From assembly GCF_964355755.1 (NCBI RefSeq), contig NC_092673.1, forward strand, positions 20,147,648 through 20,211,647: a stretch of DNA of 64,000 nucleotides. The letters are read 5' to 3'. Positions 1 through 11,774 of this stretch are shown in pieces. Each line of letters opens with the position of its first letter. Positions within the stretch are counted from its first letter, which is position 1. The notes under the pieces were generated by a model that saw nothing but the letters and a program-made list of their open reading frames with translations, made no database searches and was not told the origin of the DNA. Position numbers and translations under genes: made by a program. This DNA is from Antedon mediterranea (Eukaryota; Animalia; Echinodermata).

Positions 1-547
1 GAACCTGAAGTTTCGTTTTCACGACGCTCCACGCGGCTATGCGCCAATAGATCGATAAGTGCATAACCACGTGGAGCGTCCTGAAAACGAAACACTAACA
101 TTCAATTTGATTTGCCGTCGCCTGACCGGAATTGTGCCGGAAAAACTAGTTTTCTAAAGCTTTACGTCTTATCACTTAAACTTATTTAGGCACATCACTC
201 TTTTTTGTCAAACTAGTTTGATAGTGTACACGTAATGTTACTGTGTCCATATTGGGCATTTTTTGTATGTGACCTAGAGACTGTGTAAACAGAGCTTTAG
301 GTTGTGAACGAAATGCTTATAAGAAATGTTCCCGCTGTGATAGTTATGTGCCTGTGATCTGTGTAACTATAGTTACTATATGTATACCACCTCACCATCT
401 TGTAGTTCCTACGTTTGTATCTCTCTTATTGTCCTTTTTATGATGTTTTTCCAAGTGTCACCAGTTGGAATTTTTATTGTTATCAATAAGTCGAAACGCC
501 GTCTAGAAGTCCCGAGATTACTACACTATACATTTGTTGTGTTTTAG

Positions 548-2172
548 GTTTCCTCGCTCAACATCAAACGTTAGACACATGGGGTGGACATGACGCATCG
601 TATTTAGAATTGAATTCAAATCATTATTTACTTGTGGTTGATTATCGTGAGCAACATAGTGTTGTAAACTCAACAGTATATAAATGGAATTTTAACAATA
701 CCCAATTTGTAGAGTATGCTAAAATACCAGTTCGTGGTGGCCACAGTGGTAAACTATTCTCAATGGATGGTGTATTGTACGCGGCAATAGCAAACTATCT
801 CACAACAACGAATGAATACACAATTAAATCTCACGTTTGGAAACTAAAACAAGGTAAGTGAAATGCAATTTTAGAAACGTATAATGATCCTCGTTCTCAC
901 TGCAGTCTCGAATGACAGAAGACAATAAGTGAGGCTATGCTTTTGTCAAATTTAGCTAACAAACGACGTAAACCAGACCGACAAAGAGTCTAAGAATAGA
1001 AAATAACTTAGTTGGCGACGTGTCGGTGACAATTGACTGCGCGCGTGCCGCAGAATACATAATAATTGTGGTGTTACAGTTTAGTCCAGGCAGCAAATCG
1101 TACTTTATTGCCCACGTGCACGTGAAATGCGCAGCATTTTCAGGGAATTCTATTCCATACTGTCACTTTTTAGGTGGTGTTACTGAACTAGTACAGTCAC
1201 TTGACGAATCGGGCGCAGGATCAACTGGAATCGATGCATTCACAAATGACGGAGATACTTTCCTAGTAGGTGTCAATAAATTGGGCATGGATTGTGCACA
1301 GAACACAATAGTTTATAGATGGGACAAGTCGACTAATGAATTTAAAATTCATCAACGTATTCCTGTTGAACATTGCGCCTACAGATCTACCATTTTCAAG
1401 GTAAGTACAAAGTGCCCTTTTATTTTTACCATAAATAGCCAACGCCAAACATTTTCACTTCAGACCAATCGAATGTAATACTCTACTTTCGAGTCCGAAA
1501 CTTCGGTTGGACTGAATAAAGACAATGATTGAGTTGTGTGTCTACTGACAACGGTGTAGCTGGAAGTTATAGTAAAAAGACAAAAGTTGAGAAAGTATGG
1601 TTTTTTGAAAAGAAGAAGTGACCGCTTGTTGATTGATGGTAACAACATAGGAAAATATATTTGCAAAATAAAGGTGAGAGAGAAGAAGTGAATGGATAGA
1701 GAATTTGTATTCAATTGGAAAGGTGGACTAACTGAAGGCAAACAAGCGGCGTTCTATAGGAATTTCTACGATAATTAAGGACTTTGGGAAATGAGCTGAA
1801 CTTTTCTGTTATTATAAAAGGTGCTAACATATAAACCTTTATTTGTTTTATTAGTTGTAATGTCCCATAATGATAATATTGGGGTGTTTTTTGTTCGTGT
1901 TTTTACAGGTTGGCGGAGAAGTGTTTATAATAATAGCCACAACCAGATCGGAAAGAGGTGGAAGTAGTAATGATAAATATACTTCGTCATCTCCAATATT
2001 TAAACTCGAGGGTATAACTATGTTCATAAAATATGGAGCCATGACATCACATGCCTGTTTTGATATAACATTTTTTGAGCGAGATGGGGAGTACTTTTTA
2101 GGTCAGTCAAATATACGAAATGTTAATGGCGGCTTAAGTAATGCCGCATTAAACATATACCAATGGTTGTAG
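548..2172 (+). CDS. Copy A (5' part outside window): last three exons (548-853, 1174-1400, 1909-2172) of a secreted EAR/EPTP-repeat protein (TSPEAR/LGI-type repeats); no MAM exons
   Basis: Canonical AG/GT boundaries with compatible phases (1,1,0) give an open frame to TAG at 2170-2172. EAR-like motifs include FLAQHQTLDTWGGHDASYLE..YLLVV..STVYKWN and FIKYGAM..FDITFFERDGEYFLG..NIYQW. Exons are homologous to those of copies B and C. Confidence 0.8.
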
Positions 2173-2387
2173 TTGCTCCGGGCTAATGCCTTCGATTTAG
2201 ACACACAAAGCGGCCACTAACTATATTTTTAGAAATGTGTTGTAAGAGAAGGTTTGTTTATTTGCATTCGATTATAGGTGTTATCATATATTTAACAAAA
2301 TCATTTTTAATAAAACAGTAACTTGCCTGGTATCATATAATTATATGACATAAATTTGTTTAAACTTTGCCATTTTAAAGCCGTTTG

Positions 2388-3300
2388 CACCTCCTTCTTT
2401 ATGTCTACCTCCTTCTTTATGTCTACCCCCTTCTTTATGTCTACCTCCTTCTTTATGTCTACCTCCTTCTTTATGTCTACCCCCTTCTTTATGTCTACTT
2501 CCTTCTTTATGTCTACTTCCTTCTTTATGTGTACCTCCTTCTTTATGTCTACTTCCTTCTTTATGTCTACTTCCTTCTTTATGTCTACTTCCTTCCTTAT
2601 GTCTACCTCCTTTTTTATGTCTACCCCCTTCTTTATGTCTACCTCCTTCTTTATGTCTACCTCCTTCTTTATGTCTACCTCCTTCTTTATGTCTACTTCC
2701 TACTTTATGTCTACCTCCTTCTTTATGTCTACTTCCTTCTTTATGTCTACTTCCTTCTTTATGTCTACTTCCTTCTTTATGTCTACCTGTACCTGGGCGT
2801 GTGGCGCAGTGTGTTGGACGTTGGACTACCGATCGTCAGACCTAAGTTCGAATCTAACTCTCGCCGCATTGCTTGTATCCGTAGGCAAGATACTTTACTT
2901 ACGTTGCCTCTCTCCACCCAGGTGTATAAATGGGTACCCAGTTAGATCTAGACACAACTTTGCGCTGGTTACCGGCTGCATTATGGGAGTATGTTTCCAT
3001 ACGTGTTTGATCCCAAAAAATACTGGGGTCCTTGTAAAGCGCCTTTGAGCATGATTACTCATGAAAAGGGCGCTATATAAATGTGGTATTATTATATATC
3101 TACCTCCTTCGTTATGTGTACTTCCTTCTTTATGTCTACCTCCTTCTCTATGTCTACCTCCTTCTTTATGTCTACCTCCTTCTTTATGTCTACCTCCTTC
3201 TTTATGTCTACCCCCTTCTTTATGTCTACCTCCTTCTTTATGTCTACTTCCTTCTTTATGTCTACCTCCTTCTTTATGCCTACCTCCTTCTTTATGTCTA
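2388..3300. repeat. 18-bp minisatellite (CTCCTTCTTTATGTCTAC)n in two blocks (~2388-2788, ~3098-3300) split by a SINE
   Basis: Tandem units are directly visible and produce the spurious MSTSFF/LLYVY ORFs. Confidence 0.95.
2795..3095 (+). mobile_element. tRNA-derived SINE with CORE-like middle and L2-type 3' tail
   Basis: A-box TGGCGCAGTGTGTTGG and B-box GTTCGAATC; GGCAAGATACTTTAC..CCAGGTGTATAAATGGGT core; GTAAAGCGCCTTTGAG..GGCGCTATATAAAT..(TAT)n tail. Confidence 0.8.
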
Positions 3301-3534
3301 GACAGGGTTCTGGTAATGTCAAGAATATTCATCAGAGAAAAACTTGAGCATGCGTATTTAATCATTTAAAAACAATATACAAAAACACAAAAGTGTTTTT
3401 TCTTTTCTTTTATGGCTGTGTTGAAAATGTCAACTTAGCACAGCAGCATTACCTAATGAATACCTTATATATTGATTGTGTAAAACTTTAGCATTACTTA
3501 ATGAATGCCTTATATATATTGATTGTTTAAAACT

Positions 3535-4610
3535 TTTAGCATTATCTAATGAATAATTAAATACAAACCTTTCAGCATTATCTGATGAATAATTAAATAC
3601 AAACTTTTCAGCATTATCTAATGAATAATTAAATACAAACTTTTCAGCATTATCTAATGAATAATTAAATACAAACTTTTCAGCATTATCTAATGAATAA
3701 TTAAATAAAAACTTTTCAGCATTATCTAATGAATAATTAAATAAAAACTTTTCAGCATTATCTAATGAATAATTAAATACAAACTTTTCAGCATTATCTA
3801 ATGAATAATTAAATACAAACTTTTCAGCATTATCTAATGAATAATTAAATACAAACTTTTCAGCATTATCTGATGAATAATTAAATACAAACTTTTCAGC
3901 ATTATCTGATGAATAATTAAATACAAACTTTTCAGCATTATCTAATGAATAATTAAATACAAACTTTTCAGCATTATCTGATGAATAATTAAATACAAAC
4001 TTTTCAGCATTATCTGATGAATAATTAAATACAAACTTTTCAGCATTATCTGATGAATAATTAAATACAAACTTTCAGCATTTCTAATGAATAATTCATT
4101 AAAAACTTTTCAGCATTATCTAATGAATAATTAAATACAAACTTTTCAGCATTATCTAATGAATAATTAAATACAAACTTTTCAGCATTATCTGATGAAT
4201 AATTAAATACAAACTTTCAGCATTTCTAATGAATAATTCATTAAAAACTTTTCAGCATTATCTAATGAATAATTAAATACAAACTTTTCAGCATTATCTA
4301 ATGAATAATTAAATACAAACTTTTCAGCATTATCTGATGAATAATTAAATACAAACTTTTCAGCATTATCTAATGAATAATTAAATACAAACTTTTCAGC
4401 ATTATCTCATGAATAATTCAATACAAACTTTTCAGCATTATCTAATGAATAATTAAATACAAACTTTTCAGCATTATCTGATGAATTATTCAATACAAAC
4501 TTTTCAGCATTATCTAATGAATAATTAAATACAAACTTTTCAGCATTATCTGATGAATAATTCAATACAAACTTTTCAGCATTATCTCATGAATAAATCA
4601 TTAGAAACTT
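3535..4610. repeat. 36-bp AT-rich tandem repeat (CAGCATTATCTAATGAATAATTAAATACAAACTTTT)n, ~30 units
   Basis: Head-to-tail near-identical units with no spacers. Confidence 0.95.
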
Positions 4611-6407
4611 TCTTTAGATTCATAACAACAAAAAAACGCTGCTTAGCCGTATATTTACTGTACACGGTAAATATAGTCCAGGCCTATAGCTTAATTTTTA
4701 ATTTCTGGATATTTCCGGAACAATTATGATTCAAATATAAAAATTGCATATTTTGTTAATTATTATATCAACTACTTAAAAGTACTTTCTTGAAATTGAA
4801 CTTTTCGTAGTCCTATTTTGATGATATTAAAAATAGTTGTTCAGAAATATCTTCTTGTTGTCAATTAATCATCGACGCAGACAATCAATAGAACAATCAA
4901 TCTGCGCATACGATGTCTGAATGTGTATCGTTTTGTTCATTCGCAACTTTCTATAAAGGGCCGCGGTAAAAGACATGGTGATCAAAGAGCGTGTTTGTTT
5001 GATTGGCAGCAGTGCTTTAGCGCGTTTGGATAATCGTTTGATCTCACCGCTGATGCATATCCTTGTGCTATGTTATCCATGGTAGACCTACAAGGACCGA
5101 TGACTTGATATGATGTTTCCATTCCATTTCCAAATAACCCTGGTCAAGCCAACAAAACGAAAAAATGAAATTCATCTAAGACGTAACGCAAGTGAGTTAA
5201 CCAATGACAGGCGATGGTTCGAATAATCTATCGCTTGTGATTGTTCAAATCTTTACGTTGCGCAGTGAGAAACAATTAGGCATTCAAGTATGTCGAAAAG
5301 GCTAAAAACGTCTGAGGTCTCCAGCGTCGGAATGTCACTTAGGGTTGCTAAACCACGGGCGTCAGGCATCTGTGTTGCGCCACTGGTCCGGTTAAACGCT
5401 ATATAAGCTTTAAAATGTTTCCATATTAAAATACATTACATTTTATTTATATTTTAAATAAAGTTCACGATACTAATTTTAGTGTTAACCTGTTACCAAA
5501 TAATATGCTATGTTTGTTATTTTTATTTATTGTTGACATGTTTCCGTCGTTCTGGACGACCGTTACTGCTTGTTTGTTATTTTAGTATTCATGTTCATGT
5601 TTTTGGCGAATATATAATTTATTATTTTCAAAACGCATAGTTAACAATCGTTTAATAGGCGTAGTGTGTAAATGGTCATAAGGAATAACATCTATATGTT
5701 GTATTACCGTTACCGCTCGCCTGTGTAAATTGACCTATAGTTGGCCTTACATTATGTTTTTCATACGCGAAAACATTCATTCATTTTATTATTCCACATT
5801 TAATAAATCATAAAATATAGTTTATTATCAACAAAAAAATCCATAGGAGCCAACTTAATAACTATCTGATGTATATTGATGGTTAAATATTTCTTGTAAG
5901 GTTTTTAATGATTTTGTTTAAGGATAAATTATTCCAAAAAAAAAGTCCGTTAAAAATAAAGGAGTTTTTCCTGAGGGAACAAAAGGCTGAACATGCATTA
6001 GAACTATTATTTATCACCAGTCATTAGATATCACTTTTCCATTAGGTAGAACCATGGAGAAATAAACTTATTTCTCCATGGTAGAAGCAAAGAGATGGTA
6101 CAACTAATACCCAGTCGCAAGTGATGCGTAAGTAACCAATCAAATGGCAAGAATACACTCGTGTGTGTTAAATGTTGTTTATCAACTTCTTATACTTTTA
6201 AATACGCAATAGTCACCACCGTTTTTCCGCAGATACAATGTGGTGTTGTTTTTTCTATTATATACAGACGCTTGCTAAGTGTAGTTAGTGTAAATTTGGC
6301 GTTTAAATTTATCTATATAAACATTTTTTTCAGTCATTTGCTCCCCTTTATACGAAAGCCTATTAGGGCCAACAAAAAAATAATATTGCTTTCACAAATT
6401 CGAAATA

Positions 6408-6892
6408 ACGAATTATTAATTCGTTTTTTCGAATTATTAATTCGTTATTTCGAATTTATTTAAGTAATTTGAAATTTCTAATTAATAATTCGAAATTTCG
6501 AATTATTAATTCGAAATTTCGAATTATTTATTTCGTTATTTCAAATTATTAATTCGAAATTTCGAATTATTAATTCGAAATTTCGAATTATTAATTCGAA
6601 ATTTCGAATTAGTAATTCGTTATTTCGAATTCATAATTCGAAATTTCGAATTAGTAATTCGAAATTTCGAATTAGTAATTCGTTATTTCGAATTAATAAT
6701 TCGAAATTTCGAATTAGTAATTCGTTATTTCGAATTAATAATTCGAAATTTCGAATTAGTAATTCGTTATTTCGAATTAATAATTCGAAATTTCAAATTA
6801 GTAATTCGAAATTTCAAATTAGTAATTCGTTAATTCAAATTTTTAATTCGTTATTTCGAATTAATAATTCGAAATTTCGAATTAATAATTCG
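6408..6892. repeat. Subterminal palindromic ~21-bp tandem repeat (TTCGAAATTTCGAATTATTAA) of the left arm
   Basis: Directly visible; mirrored at ~11775-12208. Confidence 0.9.
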
Positions 6893-6958
6893 ACCTCTGC
6901 CCTTTCTAATGACATCCCAACCATCCCGGATTACTTTAGCTAATGCAATCTGGTCACC

Positions 6959-7775
6959 ATGCGTCCTGAAAACCATTGGATTAGATTATATTTCAATCGT
7001 AGCTTAAATTATCAAGAGATTATTAAAATGTTAGCAGAAGATCATGATATTTTGATAAGTAAACGAACATTAAAGCGAAGGCTGAAAAAAATGTGCCTTA
7101 GTCGAAGAAAACGGCATTCTGACGAACTGGAAGTCGCTGCGTTCATTGAAAGTCATTTACAGACGTCAGGGATGCTACATGGGTACAGGTGGATGCACAT
7201 TCGTTGCACACAAAATGGGTTAAACATAGATAAAGAGACGGTCAGAATAATTTTAAACCTTCTTGACCCAGAGAGTGTCGAAGCAAGAAGAAGACGACGA
7301 CTACACAGAAGAATTTATCATGTACCTGGCCGGCCCAAACTATATCTGGCATATCGACTCGTACGACAAACTTAAGCCATACGGCATTTGTATAAATGGC
7401 TGTATAGACGGATTCTCTAGACACATAATATGGCTAGAAGCTTACTTTACTAGCAGCAATCCAAAAGTTAAAGCCGGCTATTACGTAAATTCTGTTCGCC
7501 AAAAAATGGGTTGTCCAAAGTCTATTAGAACAGATTTCGGAACTGAAAATTCTATTGTTGGTCCAATGCAACAATTTCTTTGTAATGAGAACATCAGTTT
7601 TATACAAGGAACAAGTCAGCATAATCAACGAATTGAGAGTTGGTGGGGCATTCTCAGAAAACACTTTACTCAGTTTTGGATGGACGCCTTTAAACAACAA
7701 AAGAATGACGGTAGATATGATGGAGGTCTTATAGACAAATCTTTATTACAATTTTGTTTTATGAAAATTATCCAG
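6959..7775 (+). pseudogene. IS3EU-like transposase exon 1, left-arm copy; frameshifted and lacking exon 2
   Basis: MRPENHW.. N-terminus, then WHIDSYDKLKPYG..IDGFSR..IRTDFGTEN..NQRIESWW. A 4-bp duplication GGCC at 7328-7335 shifts the frame. Donor CAG|GTAAGC. Confidence 0.85.
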
Positions 7776-7827
7776 GTAAGCAGTACAGCAATTACATTGT
7801 GTGCTATGCATTATAGTCCCCAAGTAC

Positions 7828-9092
7828 TACGCGATAAAGCTACGACGCTATATAGTACGAACCTGTTACATATATACTGACAATAATCCATTGACCTATG
7901 TATTGACCACGGCCAAACTTAATGCTACGGGACACCGCTGGGTAGCAGAATTAGCGGATTATCATTCAGATAAAATATAGACCAGGTCGAATACATCAGG
8001 ATGCCGACACCTTGTCAAGAATCCCGCTTGATCTAAAACAATTGGAAAAGTTGTGTTCGGAAGAAATATCTGAAGAGGTCATGCAAGCGGCAGTCCATGG
8101 TGTGAATGCTTAGGCAGAAGGCTTAACTACATGGTCAGATCATAGATCCAGATATTGAGAAACCCTTAAGACCCTTAATTAATAACCTCTGCCCAGAAGA
8201 TATAAAGACAGTTCTAACACAAGATCCAGCCATTAATAGAGTCCTAAAGTATAAGGCCAAGGGGCGCTGGCCAACTCGAAAAGAAAGAAAGAACGAGACC
8301 AAAACAAAAACGTCAATCATGCATGAGTGGAAACAAGCTGCAAGTTGGACATGATGGTATTCTCCGACGCTGCACCACAACACGTTCTCAGATCGTCCTT
8401 CCAGAAAAATACAAACAGTTAGTATACACAGAATTGCATAGTAACATGGGACAACTTGGTCCAGAACGAGTTGTACATATGGCACGAGAGGGGTTTTATT
8501 GGCCACATATGGAAGCAGAAATAGAGGATTACATCACATCTGCCGATGTCTGATCCAGAAGAAACCAGTTCGTATAACCAGAGCTCCTTTAGTCAATATC
8601 ATTACGACTCAACCCTTTGAACTTGTTTCTATCGATTATGTACACTTGAAAAAGAGCAAAGGCGGATATGAGTATATTTTAGTAATTATGGACCACTTTA
8701 CTCGATTTGCGCAAGCATATCCGACAAGGAATAAGAGCGGTAAAACTGCAGCCAACTTAATCTTCAATGACTTTATACTGCGATTTTGATTTCCAAAGAC
8801 ATTGCACCATGACCAGGGTCGGGAATTTGAAAATCACTTATTTACCAATCTTGAAGCTTACTCTGGGATCTAACATTCACGTACCCCACCTTATCACCCT
8901 CAAGGCAATGGCCAAGTGGAAAGGTTAAATCGAACGTTGCTTGGAATGTTACGAACCTTGTCCGAAAACCAGAAGGACAACTGGAAGGAATCACTCAATA
9001 AAGTTGTGCATGCTTATAACTGCACTCGCCATGATTCAACAGGGTACTCACCGTTTTATCTACTCTACGGCAGACCTCCTTGTCTACCTTGA
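7828..9092 (+). mobile_element. Degenerate Ty3/Gypsy pol fragment (RNase H end, H2C2 zinc finger, integrase core)
   Basis: TDNNPLTYVLTTAKLNATGHRWVAELADY; IKYRPG..DADTLSR; FYWPHM; [22 protein letters not shown]; HHDQGREFEN; [16 protein letters not shown]. Several stops and frameshifts; no LTRs seen. Confidence 0.92.
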
Positions 9093-9425
9093 GATACCCG
9101 CCCCCCCCCCCCCCCCCCAATCCTTCGGGCTGAGAATGAATATCCAAAGTAAAATTAGGTACCCCCAGGGCTCGAAACGAAACGATACAATACCGTATTT
9201 CCTTACAGTTATATAATATAGCCCTTCGAGAGAGAAACAAGGTAGGTTGTGTGTATTCACGAACAAACTTTACCTTGAAGAACTATACCGCTATACTCTA
9301 TTTGTAATTCCTTGTACCAAAACGAAAGTATGCTAATAAGAGCGGTGAAAGGGTAAATGGTAGACGAAAAAAGTATACATTTTTTATTTCATAATGTTTA
9401 ACATTTTTATTTTTATGCATTTTAG

Positions 9426-9676
9426 ATAAAAAGACCAAGACATCCCTTGGAGACTTCCTAACATTTGTTACTGGTGCTGACTCAATTCCCCCTCTTGGTT
9501 TTAGCAACCAGATACATATACATTTTTTTAGTAAGGAGCGAAAGATGAGAGGTCACCCGACAGCCAGTACATGTGGGTTGGATTTACACCTCCCCCGTGG
9601 ATATGACGATCCATTGGAATTCACAACTCTAATGGAGGAAGCCATCATAAATGGCAAGGGTTTTGGAAAACTTTAA
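9426..9676 (+). pseudogene. Orphan terminal exon encoding a HECT E3 ubiquitin-ligase C-lobe (absent from the ORF track)
   Basis: Acceptor TTTTAG at 9425, then KKTKTSLGDFLTFVTGADSIPPLGFSNQIHIHFFSKERKMRGHPTASTCGLDLHLPRGYDDPLEFTTLMEEAIINGKGFGKL*. Contains FVTG..PP.GF, the catalytic PTASTC and terminal GFG HECT motifs. Confidence 0.88.
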
Positions 9677-10026
9677 AGATGTATTGTCCCCCAAAATCAT
9701 GAAGAATAAAGATTTTTTAAATCTGACTTTGAATAGGCCATTTTGCAGTTTTAATGAAGTTGTTTCCATAAGAAAAAAAAAACGAGAAAAAAAAAATTAT
9801 TTCACCTATAGAAAGACAAAAACAGTTAAACAGTTAAATTACCCCAAAACTCATTGTCTTCCAGCCAATTTGACCATTTATTTGCTTTAAATTACAGTTT
9901 TCTTAGGTAAATAATTTTTTTTCAGACCCATTTTTTTGTGAAAGTGAAAAACTATTATGTGACATTAAAATAACATATTCAACAAAACAATTAAAAAAAA
10001 TATTTTTTCAGGGGGACAATATATCT
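9677..10026. mobile_element. TTAA-targeting MITE (Kolobok-like)
   Basis: TTAA|AGATGTATTGTCCCCC...GGGGGACAATATATCT|TTAA. Related copies at 44666-45010, ~27000-27420 and ~56700-56838. Confidence 0.85.
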
Positions 10027-10348
10027 TTAAATTATGATCAAATTTTAGTAGCCAACATTTTTGTAATTGTTTCAGAAATAAAATACTGTTATTAAAGTTT
10101 CAATAAACAAAATGTTGTTAAATTACATCTGTTTTACTGTATTGTACAGCTACATAACACAATTCTGTCTGATCATCACCAACTGAACATAATATAAATA
10201 AATATAATTGTTTATATTGTATTCATTACATTGTGTTCGTTGCAATTCTAACTTTGTATTGGAAATAATATCACAGCGACAATTAATTAATAAAAAAAAC
10301 GATTTATAACATGATAATGTGATATCACGTGCTTGCTGTGGCATTTGA

Positions 10349-11708
10349 TCAGATGACGTCAAGAAACATATTTCTAAGACTGCTGTATAACTGCAAACCT
10401 TCATCACATGTTTTCGGCATCGATAGCTGCCTTTTTTCCAAGAATATGGAACATAAGTCGAACACGTCCTTATCGCATGGAATCTGGCTTTTGAAGATGG
10501 ATTCACTTTCACAAACTTCAACTTTAGCCACATCAACGGGAATAATACACTCTTGTCCCCCGAATAAGTATGGTACATTGTACATCAATGTCGGGCGTCC
10601 AAACGGACCATGGCTATTTCTCGATTTTGAGATGCGATGGGCATTCCACTCATTTGCAACCGTGTCCAGTTCATCCTTTAAAAAAGGCAAATATAATACA
10701 GTACAGTAAAAACAAATAGTTTAATGACAGTTTAGACCGTGAAAAAAAAAAATATCGTAAATAAAAGAGGAGTGATTTAATTCTAGGCTAATATTGTTTG
10801 CTTTTCAAATTGTTGCGAAAGCCCAAATTATTATTATAATTGTCGTACTTGGGGACTATAATGCATAGCACACAATGTAATTGCTGTACTGCTTACCTGG
10901 ATAATTTTCATAAAACAAAATTGTAATAAAGATTTGTCTATAAGACCTCCATCATATCTACCGTCATTCTTTTGTTGTTTAAAAGCGTCCATCCAAAACT
11001 GAGTAAAGTGTTTTCTGAGAATGCCCCACCAACTCTCAATTCGTTGATTATGCTGACTTGTTCCTTGTATAAAACTGCTGTTCTCATTACAAAGAAATTG
11101 TTGCATTGGACCAACAATAGAATTTTCAGTTCCGAAATCTGTTCTAATAGACTTTGGGCAACCCATTTTTGGCGAACAGAATTTACGTAATAGCCGGCTA
11201 TAACTTTTGGATTGCTGCTAGTAAAGTAAGCTTCTAGCCATATTATGTGTCTAAAGAATCCGTCTATACAGCCATTTATACAAATGCCGTATGGCTTAAG
11301 TTTGTCGTACGAGTCGATATGCCAGATATAGTTTGGGCCAGGTACATGATAAATTCTTCTGTGTAGTCGTCGTCTTCTTCTTGCTTCGACACCCTCTGGG
11401 TCAAGAAGGTTTAAAATTATTCTGACCGTCTCTTTATCTATGTTTAACCCATTTTGTGTGCAACGAATGTGCATCCACCTGTACCCATGTAGCATCCCTG
11501 ACGTCTGTAATTGGCTTTCAATGAACGCAGCGACTTCCAGTTCGTCAGAATGCCGTTTTCTTCGACTAAGGCACATTTTTTTCAGCCTTCGCTTTAATGT
11601 TCGTTTACTTATCAAAATATCATGATCTTCTGCTAACATTTCAATAATCTCTTGATAATTTAAGCTACGATTGAAATATAATCTAATCCAATGGTTTTCA
11701 GGACGCAT
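10349..11708 (-). pseudogene. IS3EU-like DDE transposase, two exons (11708-10897, 10675-10349), one frameshift
   Basis: Spliced ..FCFMKIIQ|DELDTVANEWNAHRISKSRN..GRPTLMYNVP.. with GT/AG. The A-run at 11166-11170 is one base shorter than in the left copy (7501-7506). Confidence 0.88.
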
Positions 11709-11774
11709 GGTGACCAGATTGCATTAGCTAAAGTAATCCGGGATGGTTGGGATGTCATTAGAAAGGGCAGAGGT

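Noticed and set aside
9-95. Hairpin as a structured ncRNA or terminator
   Set aside because: A related decayed copy at ~15889-15950 suggests a small palindromic MITE; there is no ncRNA evidence.
2356-3369. Long MSTSFF / LLYVY / RHKEGG ORFs as proteins
   Set aside because: They result from a stop-free 18-bp minisatellite read in several frames and run through a SINE.
3535-4610. 36-bp repeat as a CRISPR array
   Set aside because: Units are contiguous with no unique spacers, there are no cas genes, and the context is eukaryotic.
6161-6900. ORF 6161-6463 and the TTCGAA array as a gene or heat-shock-element cluster
   Set aside because: The array is the mirrored subterminal repeat of the transposon; the nGAAn resemblance has no independent support.
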